A DNA stretch of 63,276 nucleotides, counting the filler, from Lenisia limosa (taxonomy: Eukaryota > Protista > Breviatea), in NCBI GenBank assembly GCA_001655205.1. It is 20 parts of 20 records of this genome, joined end to end, with 100 filler letters (N's around TTAATTAATTAA, not from the genome) between each part and the next. Parts side by side here need not be neighbours in the genome. Positions count along the whole stretch, not along the records: positions 11,934 to 12,949 come from LPNZ01001432.1; positions 13,050 to 14,672 come from LPNZ01005192.1; positions 14,773 to 17,217 come from LPNZ01000361.1; positions 17,318 to 20,509 come from LPNZ01010339.1; positions 20,610 to 25,849 come from LPNZ01011101.1; 15 more parts are not named here. One strand, written 5' to 3'. The notes under the pieces were generated by a model that saw nothing but the letters and a program-made list of their open reading frames with translations, made no database searches and was not told the DNA's origin. The position numbers and the translations under genes were made by a program. Shown piece after piece: positions 12,846 through 24,100 of this stretch (positions are counted from its first letter, which is position 1; every line of letters begins with the position of its first letter).

Positions 12846-13049
12846 AACTCAATCCATGAATGTTCCATTTTGTCGAGTATTCATGATACCCCCCACTTAC
12901 CATATACAGGTGACGTATAAGTCGGTAAAAGTTGCCTTAAATGGCTACGNNNNNNNNNNNNNNNNNNNNNNNNNNNNNNNNNNNNNNNNNNNNTTAATTA
13001 ATTAANNNNNNNNNNNNNNNNNNNNNNNNNNNNNNNNNNNNNNNNNNNN

Positions 13050-14580
13050 TCCCACTTTGAGAATTGGTGGTGTATATTGCGGAACAATAGGAGTGTTTGG
13101 TGTACCTAATGAATTATGTTTCGGCCTTTCGGAACAAAAAGGACTGTGACTCTTTCCACATCATTGACAAAAAAGAAATGAAGTGGATATCCCTCGCACC
13201 AAAGTGCTCATTGTCAGCATTGCGATTGAAGAAGTTCACGGCTGCTGTTCTGGGGCATAAGAAGAAGGCCAAATAGAGATTAAGCTAAGGGCAAGCTGAA
13301 AACCCCAGTATGAAGAGAATCAACATTCAAACGAGATTGAAATGAAACTGGTTTCCTTTTTTACTTTCTCTGCTCTGGTGTTAATATTAAGACAATGATT
13401 ATGAAGTATGAACACTTGCAGGTTATCCTTTAGTATTTGTTTTATCATATAACTTCTGTGTGTATATATATATGGGGATTTTGTGGTGAAGAGCATGTGA
13501 TATCCATTACAATTTCGCTTTTAAAGTAAAAAAAAAAAAAGTGTAGCATATACCAGAAGTTATTTTTCAAATGTCATACGCACATCATCACCCAGCATCA
13601 GCATCCCCCCCCCCCCCNNNNNNNNNNNNNNNNNNNNNNNNNNNNNNNNNNNNNNNNNNNNNNNNNNNNNNNNNNNNNNNNNNNNNNNNNNNNNNNNNNN
13701 NNNNNNNNNNNNNNNNNNNNCCTGCAAGAACGTGACGAGTGCGTCTGCAGCACGTGGCGTTGGGTCCCGCGTAGTCAATGTTCAGAACACATGAGCTGGG
13801 GGGTTGGGGGTAAGTTAGTACATGAAACTACATGAAATATATCATACATATCGATATACACTGGACGACTACTCTAATAGTATCAATATATTATCAAGAA
13901 AAGATTCCGTTGTGCACACAAATTTATAACTCATTGAGGGGTCATGTACAATTAAAACAATAGTTGGCTGAAGGACTCAATCAAAGACATACCAGTCGTT
14001 TGTGGTGATGAAGGTAAAGTCAACATCAATAAAGGACTGCGGTGCTATTGGTAACAGCGCTTGGATGTCACGAGGGAGAGTTACTGGAACTTGGCGGTCT
14101 AAAATAAAATAAAAGAGTCAACCACAAAAATACCAACACACGCAAGCAACAACCAAAAAGGGCGTGTGCGCTAAAAAGAGGGAGAGAAACGAACATGTCG
14201 AAACCAAGAAAATCATCAAAGAGCGATAAGGCAGAAAATAATCCCACATTTTCCTTCGGTTGGCATAGAGAACGACAGTGTTGTGCATGGTTCGGTCCCA
14301 ACGTTGGTGAGGCGCAAGACTGCTTGGGTTTCCTATCTAGTGTAAAATATATCCTTAGTAAACTGGTTCTATCCGGTTGAAGCAGGTTCACAGTACCAAA
14401 CCATATTATTTCAAGAGACGTGTACTGAGAAAAATATGGATTCTTCAACCTAAATAAAACAAAACACAAAGCAATCCCCTGTTTACATTGGAGCCGGACA
14501 GTTCACTGATTCCGATTCCACACGGAGAGCTGAGGTGGGGTCTGAGAAGGGGCATGCCTGGCACAAACTCAACTTCCTGA
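13050..14580 (-). CDS. Hypothetical multi-exon gene fragment
   Basis: GC-richer open segments between AG/GT boundaries (EVEFVPGMPLLRPHL, NIDYAGPNATCCRR). No family recognised. Confidence 0.25.
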
Positions 14581-15939
14581 GTGTTAGTAAATTGGAAAAA
14601 AAAAAAAATAATAAAGGAAAAAGGAAAATGAGAAGAACAGTTTAGAGTTCATGTTAATTGTAACCATACAATNNNNNNNNNNNNNNNNNNNNNNNNNNNN
14701 NNNNNNNNNNNNNNNNTTAATTAATTAANNNNNNNNNNNNNNNNNNNNNNNNNNNNNNNNNNNNNNNNNNNNTTTTTTTTATTTTGTCAAAAAAACTCTC
14801 ATACTAGGAGTGCAATTGTGTATGATAACTATATAGCGTTGTGCTATACCATATGTGATATAAACACGCAGAAAGCTCCGGGTGTATAGTTTTAAGACAA
14901 ATGATTGGGTGACTTAATAGTACTATATCTTATAGTGTGGACTACTTCGACCAGGTTGTATTGTAGTGGATGGCATTCTTACTTTGTAGCTGGAGAACGA
15001 GTCGAGTGTTGGTTCCATCCCCGTTGTCCCGTCGAAATGCAAGGAACTTGCTGTCGCCTCACATAAGTTCAATTCCAGGAATCAGGTTGGTTGCTCAACC
15101 AGAAAACAGTGTCTGGTCTCAGTAATAGGATTACTCATATTCACTCGTGTGAATTTGTGGCGGTTCAAAATTTTGTTTTCCTGTTTTTTGATTATTATTA
15201 CAAGATTCAGTGTTTTTTGAGAAAATAAAGTCTAAATACATATAACATACTCTATGATTTCAATAGATACTGGAATTTGTTATAAACTTTGATACACTTG
15301 GTATAAACTCTCGTGATATTGTAAAGCAACCACAAACAATATTATATCATATCGATATATTCTACCTAATAGTTACCAAGGTTATATTTCCATATCAATT
15401 GAAATGTCGAAATCAGTAAATTGTCCAGGTGTTTAAAGACTACTTCCCGCAACTGCTACAAGTTGCTTGACTCCATCCAATGTCAGCTCCGTCGTAAAGG
15501 CTGTTTACTGAATGTGTGAAATACATTCCTCTGTAACAATAATTTAACGAATAAGTACATGTACAAGACACTCATTGTTATTTATAGCTAAAGATTGCAC
15601 AATATCATAGTTTAGGTTGTGGATATTTTGTGACACAAATATATAGCTATATGTATTATGTATACTATGTAGAACAAAGCCTACCTTTTTCAACTTTTTC
15701 AAACTCCAACTTGCCATAAATTCTCTTGCCACAAGATCAACTTCCTACATGGATGGGAATGAGAATGAAGGAGCCATGAAAGTGAATACAATAGAGGATG
15801 GGAATGAGAATGAAGCCATGCAAGTGAATATGATATAATATACGCATACCCTGACTGTATGAGAGACGTTCTTGAAGTACTGCATTTCTTCCGGTAATTC
15901 TGTGGAAGTTAATGAGGAAATAGTTGAAATGCAGATATC

Positions 15940-17130
15940 TAGCTCACTCTGATAGTAATACTCTCCACTAAGAAAACAGCAAAAATCCTCAAAAAGAAGT
16001 AGCATTATTAGTCTCAAAATGTGCTAAGTTTCGTGCTGTAAAAAATCACTCGTATTGAAGAAATACCCTAAGACACAGTTAAGCGCGTTAAAAAGAATAC
16101 TATATCAATATGCATAGTATATAATACATGTAATATGATATAATATGTAAAGTGTGTCAAAAAGAATACTATATCAATATGCATACAATATATGTACTAA
16201 TCACATTATAATATAATATAGTACTAGTATATAATAGTATGATTTACTACCTTTGCAAACAACCTTCAACTATCCCACATACCTTCTTCCTCTTCCATCT
16301 CCTCTTCCACAGCATTATCTTTGATGGTTTCCTTGATCTTAGCCCTGACTTCTGCGTCCATTTGCTGCTTCTTCAGCTTCTCTGCTCTGCGCTCTTCCTC
16401 AAGTGCCTATAGTGATTCAATAAATGTCGATACTGTATCAGTTGATTTCCGATTTACACTGAAGTTTTCCTCATAAACAACGGCAAATTCTCATTGTAAA
16501 TGATATCCTATATGCGTATTGAAGATACTGCTTGTTAACATATGGAGTACTGTGCACTTCATAGAATAGCTACACATGAGAGTATATCAACAATACAATG
16601 CCAACCTTTTGTGCCTTGTCCGCCTCGGTCTTGGCGGCGTGCTCGGCCTCGGCCTTTTGGCGCTGCCTCCGCACTGCCAAGCGCCTGTCATTGAGGAGGT
16701 CCGTGCTCACTCCCTCATACGATCCTGGACCAGGCATGGCTCCCACGAGGGTCTTTGATATGAGTGGGTGTCGCATAATTAGAGATGTTAAAAATGTTTC
16801 TCAAAAAAAAAAAGACTGAATTATCAAATGGTCCACAATATGTATCGACAAAATCTGATCTTGTTAGACAACTACAAAATTCTAATCGCACTATTATTCC
16901 ACATCAATTTTTAATGTATTAATGCTAATAATAACAACAACAACACAACAAACAAATAATACTAATAATAATAAAAAAACAAGTAAAGAAGAATATAAAA
17001 CTATAGAAACATAAATAATGTCCATCCACAGACCTTGTTATAGTCGATACCTCCAGTCGCACCCATACGCATCGTTTTGGACTTAAGAAGTGATCCAGCC
17101 TTGTCATTATCCGCACCAGCAAGATCAACT
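15940..17130 (-). CDS. Coiled-coil protein with one PGPGSY (SHIPPO/ODF3-like) motif, partial
   Basis: Exons DLAGADNDKAGSLLKSK / TLVGAMPGPGSYEGVSTDLLNDRRLAVRRQRQKAEAEHAAK / ALEEERRAEKLKKQQMDAEVRAKIKE with canonical splice sites. Confidence 0.4.
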
Positions 17131-17984
17131 GCAGGGGGGTGAGGTATCAGTGAATGTGGTGAGAAAACTCTGCTCTTCTACCAGTGGGGAAAACAAATAT
17201 TATATTAATGTTCCCTCNNNNNNNNNNNNNNNNNNNNNNNNNNNNNNNNNNNNNNNNNNNNTTAATTAATTAANNNNNNNNNNNNNNNNNNNNNNNNNNN
17301 NNNNNNNNNNNNNNNNNCTCCCGGGGGTCCCCCTTTTGCCTTTTCACAGGATTTTTTTCTGAATCTTACCCTCTTTTTAATTGGTTCCGGGTTCCCACTT
17401 GCTTTGGCTATGTAATGGTGAATTTTGAGGGAAAAATGCTAAAAATAGCACTGTCTACAGGGGTAAACTTTCCCGGATAGTTGCCATTTATTCCTTGAAT
17501 GTGGCCTTTTATAACGGTTTTTGCTTGTTTTTGACCGTTTTTGGACCGTAAATAGAGAGCTTAGGGACTTAATTTGGTTTTGACCCGATAATATGTTAAA
17601 TTGGGGTTTCATTATTTGATTAAGATTGAGATTACTTTCAAAAACAGAAGGGAAATAGGGTTTCTGGGTGGTTTATGGTGATTTTGTATGGAAAACTCAA
17701 GCTGTCCGAGAGTTTTGATGTGTCCGGGAATTTTGAATGATGTCCGGAGCTTTGACTACACATATATATATAAACATATGTATATGCTTGAGGTCCTAAA
17801 CTATGTCGTTAATTCGAATTATTGTCTTTAATTCAATTTTCTGTGACTGTCTCTTTTTCATGTTACGGTCAACTTCACAACAATTTAACTCGTAAAAAGG
17901 ACATAGTATGAGAAAAATGCGAGCATAAACTGAAAAAAAATTGCACGAGCGTGGCGCTAAAAAAAAATCGCGGCATTATACCCC

Positions 17985-20509
17985 CCCATACCAGTATACA
18001 CGGCATTGCAAAGGGAGCCGAGGCGCTCCTCCACCGCTGTTGAGAGTTTGGCAGGGTTTTGCGGGCTGTTAGAGAGAACACCAGGCAAAAGAGGCCAATA
18101 AGTGCCTAGTGGGGGGGGGGGGTAAAATTGGAAAATTATGAAGCAAAAAAATAACAACTCTGTTAGTTAACACGAGGTTAATAACAACANNNNNNNNNNN
18201 NNNNNNNNNNNNNNNNNNNNNNNNNNNNNNNNNNNNNNNNNNNNNNNNNNNNNNNNNNNNNNNNNNNNNNNNNNNNNNNAGACATGAATCATCATTATCA
18301 ACTTTTAGAATCGACTGGAAGCAGAGCGGTAACCAGCTTACTGAAGGGGTCATTGGGAGCAATGAGGATATTACTTCCTGTTCTGTTGGGGCCCAGACCG
18401 ACCAATCGAGGGAACAGTGCTCCCCACTGCAAATATGAAACAATAATACTGAAACAATGGCGAAATTCTGGAATATATTGCTTTATTGTGAAACAAAATA
18501 AGCAATTCAGAGAGCGCTGTTTCGGGTAAAAAAGATCAGTGAATATGGGCAAGTGCGGAGTATAGGGCTGTTCAATTAGAAGTTAACAAAACTGTCATAG
18601 CAGTTGTGCACATAAGCTTGTTGACCCACCTCCTCGCCAGCCTCATCGAAAGCTGCTTTCAGACCTTGATAGAGCTTCAGATCATGAACCACATCAAGAC
18701 TCTCGTCAGATGGGCTACTATCTTCTTCCTCTTCCTCTTCTTCTTCGTTCTCCACTTTCACTTTCTCTTCATCTTCCTTTTCTTCTTTCTCATCATCATC
18801 ATCAATTTCCTCCTTTGGTTCCTTTTCAACATTGTCACCTGGAGGTTAACAATAGTGCGTTTGGAAGAACATGTTCACAACTTCACATATCAAGAAATCC
18901 CCAGAATATCCAAGAACCCTAGCCCTACCATCAACAGCATCCCAGTCAATATCACTTTCATCATCCTCCATTGAATCATCAGACTGCGAATAGTCCGAGC
19001 CAGCCTCGTTGATCTTAATGGATATGACATTATGCCTTTTCAAAATAGGAAGTCAAAAACAAAAAACAGCAGTAGTAATGGCAAAGTAGCAGACAGTACT
19101 AACCTCTACCACATCATCGCCTTCTTCCTCTGGTTCAATTGGGGCCTAATTATTAGTCTTTGGTGGGAACAATAACGGAATGTGATGAAAGCCTTGAGTG
19201 CCACGTTATGGTCAATAAATGCCAAGTTATGGCCAATAAACCCACGTTATGGTCAATGTATGCCACGTTATGGTCAATAAACCCACGTTATTGTCAATAA
19301 ATGCCACGTTAAGGTCAATAAATGTCATGTTAATGCCAATAAATTGATGTTCAATCATTTCCACAAGAATATCTACCCCCCAAAGTACAGCCCACACCAA
19401 CCTGAACCGTTTCATTCTGTTCTTTGGCAACTGGGTTGATAACACAGTTGATGGCGTCTCTGTGTTCCTCAATAAACTGAAGGGTAAACATGGCAATTAG
19501 TTGTAGAAATGTGAACTAATAAAGAGAAAAACACTGGTGCATGTCAGCACACAGTCTAGAATGGGTCATTGTTAGGGCTTCACTTCGGTTCGAAAAATAC
19601 CGAAAAAATTCGAGGATTTATTGAGAATTTCAGTCTTTTTTCGAACTGAAGTGAAGCCCTAGTCAATATTGAAGAAACTCCACCAAAATCACGCCCAAAA
19701 ACCTTCAGAATTGCCGGCGGAAGAGCAACAACCGACATAGACAGCTCCCACATCTTGCTGCTGAAGTACACCGTTTCTACCTATTACAGTGAGAAACATA
19801 CACCAAGTGGCATGAGTCCAAAGGGTCCAGTCCCCAAGGCCACTTTTCTGTCCTTCAGTTTGACGTCGACCACCGTTTCTCTTAGCGGCACAATTGGGGG
19901 CGAAACCGTCATTGGAATGCATGCAAACCTGGATGAGGAATAAGTAGGGTTTACCTACAGTCCGAAAAAGACTGGTAAAATATCGCTATATTTTACAATG
20001 ATTTATTGACAAATTCCGTTTTTTTGGGATCGTAGGGAAGCAAGTCAGTTGGGTATCGTGTTGAAGCTCTCTCACCGCTCTCTCAGGTCCTTGAGACACA
20101 TTTCCAAGTGGACCTCTCCGCAGCACGCAATAATGTTCTCTCCCTACAGAGTAATGGTGCTCCCAGTACCCAACTAGGGCTTCACTTCGGTTCGAAAAAA
20201 GACAGAATTTATCGATAAATCCTCGGAAACTATCGCTATTTTATCGGTCTTTTTAGAACTGAAGTGAAGCCCTATACCCAACGCAATGAATAGCCGTCTT
20301 TCTAACTAAAATATCCCCCAGACCAAAACATAGCTATATAATGGATATAATACTTTCTACTAATACATGTATAATATATAATATGTACATATGACATATT
20401 ATATAGTAGATGTATATCATGCATATCATATACAGGTAGTCTCACAGTGTCACTTTCGAGAATCTCAACCGCCGGATCCGCTTGATTGAGCATTTTTAGG
20501 CCCTTCAAC
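17985..20509 (-). CDS. EFL1: Elongation factor-like GTPase 1 (EFL1/RIA1), internal part of domains III-IV
   Basis: GLKMLNQADPAVEILES / GENIIACCGEVHLEMCLKDLRER / FACIPMTVSPPIVPLRETV / LVGLGPNRTGSNILI match EFL1 (NQADP..GEVHL.CL.DL.ERF..PI.P.RET..GP.R.G.NIL). Confidence 0.85.
18106..18189 (-). mobile_element. IE-1 at an EFL1 acceptor
   Basis: Minus strand: ttaacctcgtgttaactaacagagttg..ttcataattttccaattttacccccccccccactAG. Confidence 0.8.
19199..19345. repeat. Intronic minisatellite, ~20-21-nt unit, about 7 copies
   Basis: (tg)ccacgttatggtcaataaa repeated with drift. Confidence 0.85.
19573..19661. mobile_element. MITE-A, full length
   Basis: TAgggcttcacttcggttcgaaaa..ttttcgaactgaagtgaagcccTA in an EFL1 intron. 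Confidence 0.9.
20175..20274. mobile_element. MITE-A, full length
   Basis: ~27-bp TIRs with TA on both flanks. Confidence 0.9.
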
Positions 20510-20958
20510 NNNNNNNNNNNNNNNNNNNNNNNNNNNNNNNNNNNNNNNNNNNNTTAATTAATTAANNNNNNNNNNNNNNNNNNNNNNNNNNNNNNNNNNN
20601 NNNNNNNNNGGAGGGGGGGGAGCAGTGAAAGTGATAAACACCCTAAACACCCTATATTCAACTTTGATGGCTACACTGACATTCGGGTTAAACCCAAAGC
20701 GCAGTAAATTTTAAGGATCTTTACTTTATGATAAAATAAGCGTCAAAATCACCCACTTTTGAACTGTTTCGCTGCGGATGGGTGAGAACGGCCCATCCTG
20801 GCATGTTTGCTAAAGAGAGTCAGGGCAAGACAAAGGCGAAGTTAAACGTTTTTAAAGGCTTCATAAGACCAATATTATGGATATTTTGGACATTATGGAT
20901 ACTTAATATTATTATATGCATATGATATTTTTTATACATATAATATTAACAATATATA

Positions 20959-21035
20959 CAGTGACCTGCATAAGTCTTGACCGATTTTCCTTGGGAATCA
21001 GATAGCAATTTGGTCAAGACTTATCCCGATCACTG
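20959..21035. mobile_element. MITE-B, Tc1/mariner-type ends (also 23999-24075, 50127-50204, 59523-59599)
   Basis: TA|CAGTGACC..ataagtcttgaccgatttt..tggtcaagacttatccc..TCACTG, ~77 bp with ~28-bp imperfect TIRs. Confidence 0.85.
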
Positions 21036-21166
21036 TCTAAAGAGCAATACACTACACTAAAAGGTATCAAGGCAGACATACTGTACGGGTACTTATGTTT
21101 ATTTACAAAGGGACAAAGTAAGAGTTTCAAGCCGGTTTTTTTTTTGTGAAATGAGGTACAAAGCAA

Positions 21167-24100
21167 CTAAGAGCACATATGGTCGCCAACATTTCGGGTG
21201 ACAGCGGAGGCCATTTCATGGTGCGTCATGCCGACTATAGAGCAAAGTCCAATGGCGTTCTGCGGGGGGTGGGTAAAGTTGGAAAATTTATGAAACAAAA
21301 AAGCCCAAAATCAACTCTATTGACTGATAACAGACAAGGGTTGATAACAAAACTAACAACGCCCAGGCCAGTCACTTCTGCAGCCCCGCATCCCATCGGG
21401 GGGGGGGGGGTAACAAAGGTGGAGGTTATAGTGGGAACTTGAGAACCACAGAGGGAACTATCAGATTGTAAGGGCGTAATATATGGGGGTATGCAAAGAT
21501 AACATATCTGGGCATACAATGTCTGCCCCTCCACCTTAAGAACGATTTCATAAAAAGACTGAATTTCCCTATAAATCCTCGAAAACTAGATAAGATATGC
21601 CCCCCACTTCAGCCTTCAGGAGTGTCCCAGCTGGCTTCTCAAGATACACGGCGATCAGGAGATCGGCCAGGCCAGACGCGGCGACAGAGGGTGCAAGAGG
21701 CTCAGGGGCCACAGTATTGTCGGCATCCGGGGGTGGAGTGGCCTGGGGAGGGGGTTAGATTCTGCGATTATATAAAAACCAAGTTGAGACACTAAATGAA
21801 GTAGCACAACCATCAGTAGGAACTCACCGGAGGGGCATCCATTGGCTTGTTGCGCTGCGGGAATCTGAAGGATGAGAAATGATCTCAGACAAAGAGGGAA
21901 GAGAGAGACAAAACGATATGATAACCATTGTATTTGATTTGCACCACGTAAAACGAGATACAGGATTGTCTTTCTCCAACACATACACTTTCGAGATGAA
22001 ATGCTGTTATTATTGTGAATTGGCTGTCAAGTAGAGCGAGCTTCACTTCGGTTCGAACAATACCGTAAAAATAGATAATTTTCGAAGATTTATCGAGAAA
22101 TTCAGTCTTTTTCCGAACCGGTGAAGCCCTAATTATTACATGTAAATAGAGATTAATATATATAATACTGCATCAAAAGAATATCAGTAATATCTGAACA
22201 TGTGGAAAAGACTTAACTGGATACGATAAGCTTGGCTACCTTGTTGGTTTGTCGCCCGGGGGGGAGGAGGGGTGCTTTTTCTCGGTTGTTTTTTTGGCCT
22301 CTTTTTCAGTCACAAACTACGTGGTGAATGGTGAATGCAAAGAATACGGGTTTTGGAATAGCAACGATGTGGAACTTCAAAATTTGCTTTGTTTTTATCT
22401 ACTATACTTCAACAAAATTTACAGCTCTCCTCCAAACTCCGTTCAAAAGTATCACCAATAAAGACCCCAACTTTGGTTACATAGACCCCATGTTACCTTC
22501 ATTATCCACCCATGTTAGCTTAGTTATCCACCCCCCATGTTAGCTTAGTTATCCACCCCCCATGTTAGNNNNNNNNNNNNNNNNNNNNNNNNNNNNNNNN
22601 NNNNNNNNNNNNNNNNNNNNNNNNNNNNNNNNNNNNNNNNNNNNNNNNNNNNNNNNNNNNNNNNNNNNNNNNTCGCTCGAGGTAGAGGGCAGGGTCGAGA
22701 GAAACAAGAGCCACGTCGGCCGAGCCCTTAGTCAGTGAGCCGCCGGCACGCTGAATGGCACGATCCAGAGCGCTGGTTAGGGACGTTTTGTCCACCCCGG
22801 CGTGGCTGATGGCTGCACTGAGGAAGGCCACAGACTCATCACTCCTAATATGGTAAGTTGAGGATGGGGTGTTCCAAATATCGTAAGATGAGGAAGGAAT
22901 ATTCTTCATTGGGAAGTTTTTTTTTATCAATTGTTTCACAAATCTGGTGTATAACAAGTTCATTAATGGGGCGAAAGTCCTCTAAAACCAATGGGGCAAT
23001 GAAAAGAGACACCCTCACATGATGTACTCAGAGATCCTGAAGAGGGGCTTGATTCCTTCTCTAACTAGGTGATCCCTGCCGACTGGCCACCTGCCGGGGG
23101 TAAGGTTTAGGTATACTGAATAAGGTGCAACCTGGAAAATATATGAAACAAAAAAACCCCAAATCAACTNNNNNNNNNNNNNNNNNNNNNNNNNNNNNNN
23201 NNNNNNNNNNNNNNNNNNNNNNNNNNNNNNNNNNNNNNNNNNNNNNNNNNNNNNNNNNNNNNNNNNNNNNNNNNNNNNNNNNNNNNNNNNNNNNNNNNNN
23301 NNNNNNNNNNNNNNNNNNNNNNNNNNNNNNNNNNNNNNNCACGTCACCGCTGCCATGACGTCACAACGCGCCATTACCTCAGTTGCCTTACTAGGAGCTG
23401 CCTAATATGGTAAGTCTGCTAAAAAAAAACTCAATCTGCTTAATATGATAAGTCAGCCCAAAAAGCCCTTCAAAAAGCCCCCACGTGGATTCTTGCTCTC
23501 GACGCCACATATTGCGCAGACGCAGCTTTAACGCAACAGAGCGCAGCCGACACAAGCCCGCGGATACAGTCCTCATCAACACGGCACGTGACCATCGTGT
23601 CTGTCAATAGAACGGACATTTCCGGTACACGTGCCATGATAGCCGCCTTGGCGATGCTAAAGTAAGCCGAGAGCCACGTGATGCCTATTTCATTGGTCAC
23701 GGGCTTTTTCATTTGGCATGGCTCGAAGAAGGCTGACGAGTCCTCCAGTGAGTCCTATGGGGGTGAAGGTTTGCAACGCAAAAAGACAAAAAACACAACT
23801 AGGATCACCACCATTTAGCCCCCCCCCCCCCNNNNNNNNNNNNNNNNNNNNNNNNNNNNNNNNNNNNNNNNNNNNNNNNNNNNNNNNNNNNNNNNNNNNN
23901 NNNNNNNNNNNNNNNNNNNNNNNNNNCACAGTACTTCTTGCATTCCTCCATAACTACGGGGAGAAGATCCTTCGTTACCCTAATAGATCAGATACATACA
24001 GTGACCGGGATAAGTCTTGTTCGATTTCCAGGAAGGAAATCCGTCGTAAATCGGTCAAACTTATCCCGGTCAGTGAACATGTAAGCAGTACGGTAAGATA

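Noticed and set aside
19781-19801. TAA/TAG reassignment (ciliate-type code) as the explanation for the in-frame 21, 27, 30 and 39-nt stop-containing segments
   Set aside because: Each segment is bounded by GT..AG. TAG terminates RSPH4/6, CCDC12 and CHY where homologues end, and long conserved exons (kinesin, UGCG, MAP3K) contain no in-frame TAA/TAG.
22487-22568. Short tandem duplications (also 4040-4096, 15750-15830, 16090-16185, 30660-30700)
   Set aside because: Ordinary 2-3-copy slippage repeats inside introns, some abutting gaps; no added structure.
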